DNA of 64,000 nt from assembly GCA_002293725.1 (NCBI GenBank), contig DBDU01000015.1, positions 19,793 through 83,792 on the forward strand, read 5' to 3'. Of this stretch, positions 25,724 to 34,767 are shown piece after piece. The notes under the pieces are model-generated. The model was not told the origin of the DNA and made no database searches. It saw only the letters and a list, made by a program, of their open reading frames with translations. Numbering within the stretch: position 1 is the stretch's first letter; each line of letters starts with the position of its first letter. A program made the translations under genes and the position numbers. The DNA is from Patescibacteria group bacterium UBA924. GTDB taxonomy: Bacteria > Patescibacteriota > Microgenomatia > UBA1400 > PJMF01.

Positions 25724-28195
25724 ATGCTAAGATCGGGCAAAATGCCGAAGAAAACGCGTCGTAGCCAGAAGAAAGTTCGCAAAGCTGCCCGCAAAAAAAC
25801 ACGCATTCTTGAACAGTCAGCTCCAACTAAAAAAAAGCCTCTCCCATCCACTGAAAAAAAGAAAACGATCACACGAAAACGGACGTTAAGTTCTAAGACT
25901 ACTTCAAAGGTCAAAACGGTTAGTGCTACAAAAAGACGCAAGAAAGCAGTCGCTGTTCAAGTTTTTCCAGAGCCATTGGGAAGTCGTGTCTTCCGCCAGT
26001 TGCGTACAGTTCTTTCCGCACTCTTTCGTGAGTTGATCTATCCTTTTTATTATCTCTTTCGCTATCACTTTTTTGCGACGCTCTTTGCTTTACTACTGAC
26101 CGGTCTAATTCTGGGTGGTGCATACCTCACGTACGACACAGCATTCAAAGACTTACCCCCAGTAACACAGATGAGGCAACGCAAGCAGCCTCTCACTACA
26201 AAGATTCTCGATCGCAATGGAAAGCTACTGTATAGCATCTATAAAGACCAAAATCGGACGTTAGTCCCACTTTCCAAGGTTCCACCGTCCATGATTCAAG
26301 CCACGATCGCAATCGAGGACCGTGAGTTTTACACCCACCACGGGCTGTCGTTTAAAGGAATCGCCCGTGCTATCAAAGTGAATAGCGAAGGAGAACGTAT
26401 CCAAGGTGGTTCAACGATCACTCAGCAGCTAGTTAAGATGACTCTGCTCACCCCTGAGAAAACGCTAAAACGTAAAATCCGAGAAGCAATCCTGTCATTT
26501 CTGGTTGAACGAACCTACACCAAAGAAGAGATCCTAGAGATGTACTTAAACGAGACCCCATACGGGGGCTCAACTTATGGTGTAGAAGAAGCTGCCCAAC
26601 GTTACTTTGGAAAGTCAGCCCAAAGACTCAACTTAGCGGAGAGTGCTTTTTTAGCGGGACTACCACAATCACCCAGTCTATACTCGCCGTTTGGAAGCAG
26701 TCCTGAGTTAGCATATGCCCGTCAACGTGAAGTTCTCCGCAGAATGGTGGAGGACGAGTATATTACCCAGCAACAAGCTGATGCAGCTCGGGAGTATACC
26801 CTTTCGTTCCGAGCCAATGTGACAGACATTCAAGCCCCTCACTTTGTGATGTACGTCCGCGAACTACTGGCTCAACAGTATGGCGAAGAGTTAGTCAATC
26901 AAGGTGGTCTAGAAGTACGAACAACTCTTGATTTTGATCTACAAACCGAGACAGAAAAAATTCTGACAGAAGAGATGAACCTCCTTTCGCGTCTCAGAAT
27001 TAGTAACGGGGCAGTTTTAGTTACCGATCCACAAACCGGCGAAGTCCTAACTATGGTCGGAAGTAAAGACTACTTTGATTTTGAACATGATGGTCAGGTA
27101 AATGTCACTATGCGCCCCCGGCAACCAGGCTCGTCTATTAAACCAGTTACTTACGCAGCGGCTTTTGAACGGGGTTTAAGCCCAACGAGTATGATTCGGG
27201 ATGAGGCCATTACCTACAACATTCAAGGTTCACCTCCATACTCCCCCAAGAACTACGATGGACGCTTTCATGGAAACGTCAGCATTCGGGAAGCATTGGC
27301 TTCTTCCTATAACATCCCGGCAGTAAAAACCCTTGATGGAGTTGGCATTACTAACGTGATCGATCTAGCCGAAACTTTAGGTATTACTACCTGGAAAGAT
27401 CGCACCCGCTTTGGACTGTCTCTGACATTAGGCGGCGGCGAAGTTTTAATGACTGATATGGCAAAAGTGTATGGCACGTTTGCGAATAACGGGGTCACGA
27501 CTGATCTGTCCCCGATTCTGGAAATCAAAACAGCTAAGGGTGATGTCCTTTATCACAATAACTGTGCTCTCGATAATAATGACTGTCCCTCTCGCAAAAC
27601 GCTTTCCACTAAAACTGCCTATCAGATCACTGATATCCTGACCGATAACGTTGCCCGAATCCCTGCCTTCGGACCAAACTCAGTGCTCCATATTCCAGAG
27701 CAGCAAGTAGCCGTTAAAACGGGTACCACCAATAACCTTCGTGATAACTGGACGATTGGCTATACCACTGATCGGGTAGTAGCTGTTTGGGTTGGCAATA
27801 ATGACAACACCCCTATGAGTTATGTAGCATCGGGTATTACCGGCGCTTCGCCCATTTGGAACAAGGTTATTCGGCTGACACTGAGCGATGAAGCCCCTCA
27901 TCAGTTTCCATTACCGGAAGGTTTAGTGAGAGTAAAAGTTTGCGTTCAAACCCAAACTCTTCCATGTAATGGCTGTCCAACGGTGCGAGATGAACTTTTC
28001 GCCGTAGGGTCAGAGCCCCAAACGGCCTGTAATCCAAACCAGTTCTCGTCACCAATAGTCCAACCTACTGCGCCAACTCGACCTCAAGCAACCTATCGTC
28101 CACAACCACAAGCTCCCCGCGTTACTACACCAAGGCAAACCACAGCACCTCAGACGCCCTCGCGACCACTGCAGAACACCATTCCCTTACGCTAA
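25724..28195 (+). CDS. Class A penicillin-binding protein (PBP1A-like), second paralog
   Basis: AIEDREFY, GGSTITQQLVK, SSIK, SYN and KTGT. Long Lys/Arg-rich N-terminal tail. Confidence 0.95.
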   Translation: MLRSGKMPKKTRRSQKKVRKAARKKTRILEQSAPTKKKPLPSTEKKKTITRKRTLSSKTTSKVKTVSATKRRKKAVAVQVFPEPLGSRVFRQLRTVLSALFRELIYPFYYLFRYHFFATLFALLLTGLILGGAYLTYDTAFKDLPPVTQMRQRKQPLTTKILDRNGKLLYSIYKDQNRTLVPLSKVPPSMIQATIAIEDREFYTHHGLSFKGIARAIKVNSEGERIQGGSTITQQLVKMTLLTPEKTLKRKIREAILSFLVERTYTKEEILEMYLNETPYGGSTYGVEEAAQRYFGKSAQRLNLAESAFLAGLPQSPSLYSPFGSSPELAYARQREVLRRMVEDEYITQQQADAAREYTLSFRANVTDIQAPHFVMYVRELLAQQYGEELVNQGGLEVRTTLDFDLQTETEKILTEEMNLLSRLRISNGAVLVTDPQTGEVLTMVGSKDYFDFEHDGQVNVTMRPRQPGSSIKPVTYAAAFERGLSPTSMIRDEAITYNIQGSPPYSPKNYDGRFHGNVSIREALASSYNIPAVKTLDGVGITNVIDLAETLGITTWKDRTRFGLSLTLGGGEVLMTDMAKVYGTFANNGVTTDLSPILEIKTAKGDVLYHNNCALDNNDCPSRKTLSTKTAYQITDILTDNVARIPAFGPNSVLHIPEQQVAVKTGTTNNLRDNWTIGYTTDRVVAVWVGNNDNTPMSYVASGITGASPIWNKVIRLTLSDEAPHQFPLPEGLVRVKVCVQTQTLPCNGCPTVRDELFAVGSEPQTACNPNQFSSPIVQPTAPTRPQATYRPQPQAPRVTTPRQTTAPQTPSRPLQNTIPLR

Positions 28196-28213
28196 ATAGA
28201 TTTTTTGTCTGTG

Positions 28214-28849
28214 TTACTTTTGAAATAGAGCGTCAAAGTACTCTAGAAATGAGAGTGATCTTTTCTCTCGTTCTGCATATGCCCAGTCAGTGTTGAGCTT
28301 CTGATTCAGAATCGTACGGCGGAAGATCTTCACCCGCCAAGCAGAGGCAAAGGCAAAAATTCCTTTCCCACGGGAGATCCGTTCTTGACTCCAGAGATCA
28401 AGGTCATCTAAATCACGAAGGATCTTTGCTTCTAAGGTACGAATTGGTAAGAACTGAAAGTGAGCATGCTTACGAATTGAGTAACTCACTTCGCTCCGCA
28501 GCTCTGCTTTTAAATGGGCAGTCTTGGCAGCTCGCTCAAAGATTCTCACCGAACCAAGTCCATCCCAAAACTGATGATAGAGTAGCTCCAAGTTATTACG
28601 AGCAAGTCGACCGGCCTTCCAAGAGTCATGCCAACAAATACTCAACACTACTACTTCCGGATTGATCATGCTCAAAAGATGTTCGTCTTTTTTAAGCATA
28701 AATGAGAAGTCTTGTAACATTCGCTCGGCGTGAGTAACGTCGTGGTAGGGATCTTTACTCTTTGACATCACCTCTAAACCCCGAGTACTAAGCTGCAGTA
28801 CAGGATCAGAAAGATACTGTCGTAATGAGTCAAGTGCGCGACTATGCAT
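28214..28849 (-). CDS. HD-domain phosphohydrolase-like protein
   Basis: H...H (HDVTH), HD (WHDS), H and D..D (RDLDDLD). The ATG overlaps the upstream stop (TAATG). Confidence 0.7.
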   Translation of the reverse strand: MHSRALDSLRQYLSDPVLQLSTRGLEVMSKSKDPYHDVTHAERMLQDFSFMLKKDEHLLSMINPEVVVLSICWHDSWKAGRLARNNLELLYHQFWDGLGSVRIFERAAKTAHLKAELRSEVSYSIRKHAHFQFLPIRTLEAKILRDLDDLDLWSQERISRGKGIFAFASAWRVKIFRRTILNQKLNTDWAYAEREKRSLSFLEYFDALFQK

Positions 28850-29115
28850 TAAGAACGATTCATCATCCACAGAACTACTGAGATTAAAATTGTGAGTAAG
28901 AGTAAGACCGGAGCAACAAAGCGTTCTCGTTGTTTGCGCTTTCGTTCTTGTTCTTTAAGAAACTTTTTCTCTTCCCGAGCGATTCGGCGAGCTTCCTTTT
29001 CGGCTTCAGTTTCTTCGGTCGTTTTTTGTAACTCATCCAGTTGAGATAAGAGCTCTTGGTCTTGAGACTCAACAGATTCTTCTGTTTCTTCTTTTTTGCG
29101 ACCAAACCACCCCAT
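28849..29115 (-). CDS. Small coiled-coil protein with C-terminal TM
   Basis: Charged helix followed by a hydrophobic C-terminus. In an apparent operon with cmk. Confidence 0.65.
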   Translation of the reverse strand: MGWFGRKKEETEESVESQDQELLSQLDELQKTTEETEAEKEARRIAREEKKFLKEQERKRKQRERFVAPVLLLLTILISVVLWMMNRS

Positions 29116-29119
29116 ACGA

Positions 29120-29806
29120 TTATCCCTTCAGCTCTTTTGCTCGTTCAACAATCAGATCAACAACTTCTTCAATTGTGAGGTTAGAAGAATCTAGCACCCA
29201 AGCTCCTTCAACCACGTGCAGCGGATCAATAGCTCTGTTCATGTCACGGTCGTCACGTTCTTGGAGATCTTTATAAACATCTTCAAAAGTAACATCCTGA
29301 CCACGGGTTTGTAGCTCATAGTGACGTCTTTTGGCACGAGTTTCAGTAGAAGCAGTTAAGTAAATCTTGAGTTTAGAGTCGGGAAGAACTTTAAAGGTAA
29401 TATCTCTACCTTCCATTACCACATCCTGGTTGGCAGCAATCTCTTGTTGTTTCTCAACTAAGTGTTCGCGAACTTTCACCAGTGCCGCAACTTTGGAAGA
29501 GCCTTGACCTACGGCTTCGGTGCGAATATCCCAAGAAACGTCTTCACCATTCAAAAGAACAGTCGTTAAACGACCATCCTGTTCAGTTTCATTCGGATTA
29601 CGCATCTCAATCTTATTTTGTTTGAGAAGCTCTACGATCTTCTCTTCATCTTCAAAAGGAACTGTATTGCGAAGAGCTATTAAAGCTGTTACACGATACA
29701 TAGCTCCAGTATCAACGTATAACGACCCCAGACGTTGGGCAACCAAACGAGCTACAGTTCCTTTTCCCGCAGCAACTGGCCCATCTATTGCAATGTGCAG
29801 TGGCAT
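29120..29806 (-). CDS. cmk: Cytidylate kinase (bacterial type)
   Basis: IAIDGPVAAGKGT, DTGAMYR, VMEGRDI and RD.RD.NR...PL. Confidence 0.97.
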   Translation of the reverse strand: MPLHIAIDGPVAAGKGTVARLVAQRLGSLYVDTGAMYRVTALIALRNTVPFEDEEKIVELLKQNKIEMRNPNETEQDGRLTTVLLNGEDVSWDIRTEAVGQGSSKVAALVKVREHLVEKQQEIAANQDVVMEGRDITFKVLPDSKLKIYLTASTETRAKRRHYELQTRGQDVTFEDVYKDLQERDDRDMNRAIDPLHVVEGAWVLDSSNLTIEEVVDLIVERAKELKG

Positions 29807-29835
29807 ACCATTCCTCCGATGAGCAGGCTAAAATC

Positions 29836-30054
29836 TTACTTTCGTTTCTTTGGTGTGGATTTTCTCATACTTCGTGATGAAGTTTCGTGCATCCACTCAT
29901 CACGATCACAGGTTAAAAGACCACCAAGTCCCACTACAATTAAAATAAGTGGCCACAGATTTCCGAACTCTCTTGGGAGTAATCCTAAGTTGTGAGCTAG
30001 GAAAACGAGTCCCATAGCGATCATTGCAGCTGGCCAGAATACTTTTTTGGGCAT
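29836..30054 (-). CDS. Small membrane protein (LiaF/DUF5668-like TM hairpin)
   Basis: G..FL..NLG....LWPLILI.VG motif. SD GAGGTG before ATG at 30054. Confidence 0.7.
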   Translation of the reverse strand: MPKKVFWPAAMIAMGLVFLAHNLGLLPREFGNLWPLILIVVGLGGLLTCDRDEWMHETSSRSMRKSTPKKRK

Positions 30055-30159
30055 ATACACCTCTCTTTCCCTTCATTATTCAAAGTTCTGGGTCTTTTTG
30101 CAACTACTGTCTTCAAGTTAGCAGCAAATGAAAGAAGATATTCAAGATATAATACCTGC

Positions 30160-30612
30160 ATGATCTTGCTCGAGAATCGAAAAGCATCACAAGAATATGA
30201 GTTCCTGGAAAGTTATGTCGCAGGTATCGTTTTGCATGGCTCCGAAGTAAAGAGCTTACGACAGAAAAGTGGCAGCTTCACCGGGAGCTACGTCAAGGTC
30301 TTGGGGAACGAGTTATTCTTATTGAATGCTCAAATCACGCCGTACAAGTTTGCCGATAATCGCGAGTATGACCCCAAACGAACTCGGAAGCTCCTTTTAA
30401 AAAGACGTGAGATTAATCAGCTCATTGAAGCAACTCAGCAAAAAGGGCTGGCATTAATTCCTCAAAAATTTGAACTACTGGGAAATACGATTAAGTTGCG
30501 TTTCGCCTTAGCTCGAGGAAAAAAACAGTATGAGCGCCGCGCTGAGCTAAAGAAAAAAGCGATTGAACGAGACATTCAGCACGAGCTAAAACACAAAGTA
30601 AGAATCAGGTAG
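30160..30612 (+). CDS. smpB: SsrA-binding protein SmpB
   Basis: NRKA..EY, AGIVL.GSEVKSLR, R.RKLLL, GKK.Y..R. Confidence 0.98.
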   Translation: MILLENRKASQEYEFLESYVAGIVLHGSEVKSLRQKSGSFTGSYVKVLGNELFLLNAQITPYKFADNREYDPKRTRKLLLKRREINQLIEATQQKGLALIPQKFELLGNTIKLRFALARGKKQYERRAELKKKAIERDIQHELKHKVRIR

Positions 30613-30621
30613 GATGCTACT

Positions 30622-31762
30622 CCGTTCAAATACGGTCACCCGCTAATTTAAAAAAGAGTGGTAGATCAAGGTTTGGATTTTTTGTTAACGATAAGCTTGA
30701 GAACCCATTTAAGTTCGCAAACTTCCCTTCACAATCAGTAAAAGGTTTTAGCCTTCTCCTCAAGAAATATCCGTTTAACCACAATGTAGCGTGTTCAAAT
30801 GAATCAAATCCTTTAATACTCTTTAGTCGGCCTTGAAGGTGGGAGTTAAAACTCTCAATTAAGTTAGTGGTAGTAGGGATTTCTTCATCATGCAGATACC
30901 CCAGCAATAGATCTTTTTTTGCTTCTAAATCAATTAAAATTGACGTGCAAAGTCTATCAGGATAGTGTATCTGAATAATTTGGGTAAGCTCTTGAATAAA
31001 GCTTAGTTCAGAATATCGATGCTTAAAAAGTCGACAGAGCGCAAAAAAAAATGGTCGATAGTGATAGTTAAGGTCTAAACGAAGTAAAAAGCGGATTGAT
31101 CGAAGATAATGCAGTTGACAGAGCTGGACAACTGCACCTGGGAAAACCTCCAAACAAGCCCTGTAAATATTACTATTGTCATCACAGACCAAAACGCGTA
31201 AGGGATAGTTGAGCTCTTTTAACTTCTGAAAAAAAGCTAGACAGGTCTGATAACTCTCGGCAGTTGAAAGCAGATAGTAGGGAATGTCGTGGCTGGCGTA
31301 GTCCAAGCCATACAGAACAGGAATTTTTCTCTTGTATCCTTTTACAGCTAGATACTTTCCATCTACTAAAAGGATGCCAGAGAAATTAGTGCAGTATGTC
31401 CGAGTAATTTCTGCACAGTCTGGAAGTTGTTTTAAAACTTGCGCACAGTAGTTATAAGCACTACCGAGGCTAATGTGATATTGGTTTGAAAGCGCACGAA
31501 AAGGAACTCCATCAATGTGTGCCCACAGAAGTCTGTACTTTTTAAGCGATGCAGCCCTATTAATTTGAAACCAACGATTACATTTTTGGCAGTGATACTT
31601 TATCTTTCCACGCCGAACACCTTTGCGAAAAGTTACTGAAGATTTACATGATGGACATCGAGGGTTTTTTTCATCTGTAAAGCATACTTCACCTAGTCAA
31701 CAGCTGTTTTTCTCTTGGTCGATAAGCGAAAATTGAAGTGTTTTGTGACCAATTTTGAACGG
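30622..31762 (-). mobile_element. IS256/Mutator-like insertion sequence (~1.14 kb)
   Basis: Imperfect terminal inverted repeats CCGTTCAAATACGGTCAC (30622-30639) and CCGTTCAAAATTGGTCAC (reverse complement of 31745-31762). Visibly more AT-rich than the flanks and encodes a DDE transposase. No clear target-site duplication. Confidence 0.8.
30626..31674 (-). CDS. DDE transposase with N-terminal zinc ribbon; needs a frameshift at the 5' end
   Basis: The frame is open from 31696 to the stop at 30626 and encodes CPSC..CQKC, LLVDGKY (D), VCDD (D), QLCQLH (CxxH of IS256/MULE) and TTNLIESFN (E). No in-frame start lies upstream of the first D. Confidence 0.75.
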
Positions 31763-31773
31763 TCTCAGGAGTT

Positions 31774-33693
31774 TTATAGTCCCACTTCATACACCAGCGA
31801 ACCACTAAGGGCAAATGCCTTAGAGTGTTTCTCACTGGCTACCACCGCTGTGGCTCCAGCTAGCTCATCACTTTTGATCTCTTTAATGAACTGACCTTCT
31901 TTATTCAGAACGACTACTCTGCTTTTTTCTGGTTCGAGTACATAGAGGTTCTGTAAATCGGGTTTAGTAAAAATACTAATTGGCGTAGTAAATGGGTCTG
32001 CCAGTCCTGAAATCTCAAAAGCAGCTGTTCTCCCCCCTGAAAGCTTCAGAATCTCTCCTGTCTGAGTAGAAAGCCAGACATCACCATCAATCGCAAAGGT
32101 CTGGACATTGTTGAGATCAACACCTTGTCCGGACTGAATCCAAGCGGTAGGTTCGCTATCTAGCTTGTCGTCTTCGGTGTCATAACGGAAGATGTTATTT
32201 CTAGTCTTGTTGAGTACGTATAGGTACTTGTCGAACAGTCCCAATGACTGACCATCAGTAATAACGTCATCTGAGTTTTCTACGATACTTGCGACTTCGG
32301 TGCCACTCAAAGTAAAGCGGAAAAGACCCTGACCCAAGAAGTAGAGAAACTCGTCGTTGGCAACCAGAGCGCGAATATCGGGATACTCGCCAATTGGTAG
32401 CAGCGTAGGCTGTTTTTTCTCGATATTTAACGCCAAGATACGACGTTGGCCAGAGTCTAAGAAAAACAATGTCTCCGCCGTAACATCAATCCTGCTAGCT
32501 AAAAAGTTGGACTGCACCAAACGCAGATCGAAAAAGGTGGGCAGATGTGGTAACTGCGTTTGCCCTGAGATACTTTGATTAAATTCTTTGATGGTGTCTA
32601 GTTGTGCTTGAAGTGCTTCTTGAACAAACTTTGGTTGAGCCTGATCTTGGGCTTTGGCTTCTACCTCAGTGATTAACAGTCCCAGCTGTGCTCGCGCCGT
32701 TACGGGATCGTTGACTGACAGATCTTTGATTTGGGCAAACTGCGTTTGGTAGGGTGTTAGGATCGATGCAACTTGTTTCTGTTGCTCCTGTCTATGATTT
32801 CGCCAAAAACCCAGTGCGCCAATTGCAATCAAGAGCAGCGCCAAAAGAACTAGTCCCACTTTCAAGGCTGAGCGTCGATGTTTCTGTCTAACATATACAT
32901 CCTGAGAAAAGAGCTGTCCGAACTGCGCAGATACTCCTTTAACTGCTCTTCGTACGCCACCGACACCTTTCCCTACTCCGTGAGTAACTTTACCTAAAGG
33001 GGTCGCTGGTGGAGAGATCGTTTGAGACAGCTGCTGGTCTACCTCAGCAGGAGTAAGCATCGCCGGTTGGGAGCTATCATGCAGCTCCACCGAATCCACT
33101 CTGTCATCACTTACCGCTTCAACATCTTTAACAGCAGCTACGCTTAAGCCAGTTAATGGTTCATCAGCACTTCCATGCACTGCTGATCGGAGTTCTGGTA
33201 GCTCAATTAAGGTCGCAGCCGTTTGGGCGGTCGTTTTTGCCAGGGCATCTTGAATGAGGGCTGAAAGTGGCATTGCCTTCTGGGTAAACAGTGCATAGAC
33301 GTCGTCCACCTGAGTTTTTCCTTCAAGCAACTGTAAGGTACTTTCAGCACTCAAAATTTGGCCGACTTTAGATCCTCGCTTCAACCAAACACTTCCGTTA
33401 TATGCCGCCAATACAACTCGATCTTCCATCACTCCCATACTCACCAAAGACAGCTCCACTTCCATCCGCTCAGCTGTGGAGATACATCTATCCAAAAGTT
33501 GGTGCAGCTCTAGGCTACTTTGGGGAGCTTCGTGATCAAACTGCTCTTGGCAGTAGTGTAAAAAGGCTTCACCAGCATTTGCGGAGGAAACGGCATACAG
33601 TACCACCAGGTCTTGTGTCGGGTGAATAAGCACCCCACTCCGTTGGTTGTCTGTTGCTTGACCAACTAATGTCCGTTGAAGAAGTTTCAACAT
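31774..33693 (-). CDS. Bitopic protein: degenerate PP2C-like cytoplasmic domain, TM, coiled coil, extracellular NHL-like beta-propeller
   Basis: Central TM. C-terminal LYVL/IDGDVW/LYVLE..SRVVVL blades. The N-terminal G.VWLKRG...G....DD pattern resembles the PP2C fold. Confidence 0.6.
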   Translation of the reverse strand: MLKLLQRTLVGQATDNQRSGVLIHPTQDLVVLYAVSSANAGEAFLHYCQEQFDHEAPQSSLELHQLLDRCISTAERMEVELSLVSMGVMEDRVVLAAYNGSVWLKRGSKVGQILSAESTLQLLEGKTQVDDVYALFTQKAMPLSALIQDALAKTTAQTAATLIELPELRSAVHGSADEPLTGLSVAAVKDVEAVSDDRVDSVELHDSSQPAMLTPAEVDQQLSQTISPPATPLGKVTHGVGKGVGGVRRAVKGVSAQFGQLFSQDVYVRQKHRRSALKVGLVLLALLLIAIGALGFWRNHRQEQQKQVASILTPYQTQFAQIKDLSVNDPVTARAQLGLLITEVEAKAQDQAQPKFVQEALQAQLDTIKEFNQSISGQTQLPHLPTFFDLRLVQSNFLASRIDVTAETLFFLDSGQRRILALNIEKKQPTLLPIGEYPDIRALVANDEFLYFLGQGLFRFTLSGTEVASIVENSDDVITDGQSLGLFDKYLYVLNKTRNNIFRYDTEDDKLDSEPTAWIQSGQGVDLNNVQTFAIDGDVWLSTQTGEILKLSGGRTAAFEISGLADPFTTPISIFTKPDLQNLYVLEPEKSRVVVLNKEGQFIKEIKSDELAGATAVVASEKHSKAFALSGSLVYEVGL

Positions 33694-33726
33694 CGACGTT
33701 ATTTTAACACTGGATAAGAAGAAACC

Positions 33727-33963
33727 TTACATCAAGGTTACAAATGCAAAGGCAAGTGCCAACACAGCAATTAAAACATGCAGTAGTCCGATTAAAAAGA
33801 CCATTCCTGAAAATGGGGTGATCACCGTTTTTCTCATAATCTCAATCTGGCGCAAAGCAATGAAGGTGAAGATGAGATACAGCAAGAAACCGAAGAGGAG
33901 CATTAATCGCACACTGCCTAAAAGGAGAGAGTCAAGTGAGTCGGGAGTGAGTACCGGAAACAT
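33727..33963 (-). CDS. Small two-TM membrane protein (DUF5657-like)
   Basis: LY.IF.....RQI..M..TV.T motif. Confidence 0.65.
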   Translation of the reverse strand: MFPVLTPDSLDSLLLGSVRLMLLFGFLLYLIFTFIALRQIEIMRKTVITPFSGMVFLIGLLHVLIAVLALAFAFVTLM

Positions 33964-34721
33964 TAGTTTGCCCTCTTATCTAGTTTTTCTTGTTCTTCTT
34001 CAATTAATAGCTCATTCAAGAATGCTACTACTCTACTTGGGTGTGGTACGCTTGCAAACTCAAATTGGGTAACAGCACCAGCAGTCTGAATCTTAATATC
34101 ACCAAAGTCAAAAACTGACCCTAAAAAACCAGCAGTCGTGGCCGTAATATCCTCGATGTTATCTAGTTTGGCATACGAAACGTTTTTAAATAAGATCGAG
34201 TGGAAGTCAACATCAATGATCCGTTCATCAGTAATGATGTAGACGTTGTAGAACCACGAGAGAAAAACTTCGAGTGTGTAACTGGCCACAATTAAGTACC
34301 AACCTAAGTTGGCAATCAATTGAAAACGAGTTGGTAAAAAGTCCAACATGCCTACTGCATTAAATAAAACTGGAACAAAAATGAGTCCCAAAATGACAAA
34401 AACGTACTTGATTTGGGTGATCAGACTCTGACGAAGTAAGAGTAAAACTTGCTCGTCAGCGTGTTGAGAGTCGAAACGAGTATTTTCTGGTTTGGGAGCA
34501 TAGGCCGCAAAAACACGATGAGACGGCTTCTCCTTTCGCATCACACTTGAGTACTCATCAACGTGTTTGGCTTTCCGTTTCTCTTCAGTTAAACGATGAA
34601 CAGGGGCTGGATCAGAGACTGCTTCAACCTCAGAGTGTTGAGCCTCGTCAGAATGTACAGGAGTCTTTGCCGCTGACGTTCCTGCTTTAGAAGCTTTCGA
34701 GGAGTTGAAGATTTCCGGCAT
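33963..34721 (-). CDS. Bacterial PH (bPH_2) domain membrane protein
   Basis: Two TMs, then W..NVYIITDERIID, IEDI and FGDI.IQTAG. Confidence 0.8.
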   Translation of the reverse strand: MPEIFNSSKASKAGTSAAKTPVHSDEAQHSEVEAVSDPAPVHRLTEEKRKAKHVDEYSSVMRKEKPSHRVFAAYAPKPENTRFDSQHADEQVLLLLRQSLITQIKYVFVILGLIFVPVLFNAVGMLDFLPTRFQLIANLGWYLIVASYTLEVFLSWFYNVYIITDERIIDVDFHSILFKNVSYAKLDNIEDITATTAGFLGSVFDFGDIKIQTAGAVTQFEFASVPHPSRVVAFLNELLIEEEQEKLDKRAN

Positions 34722-34767
34722 GAGGGAGATTATAGCAGTCGTTTCTCGATCTGTATCTAGTGGCTCT

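Noticed and set aside
30613..30640. Possible tmRNA or att site downstream of smpB
   Set aside because: No tmRNA tRNA-like ends were found. The sequence is explained by the IS terminal inverted repeat.
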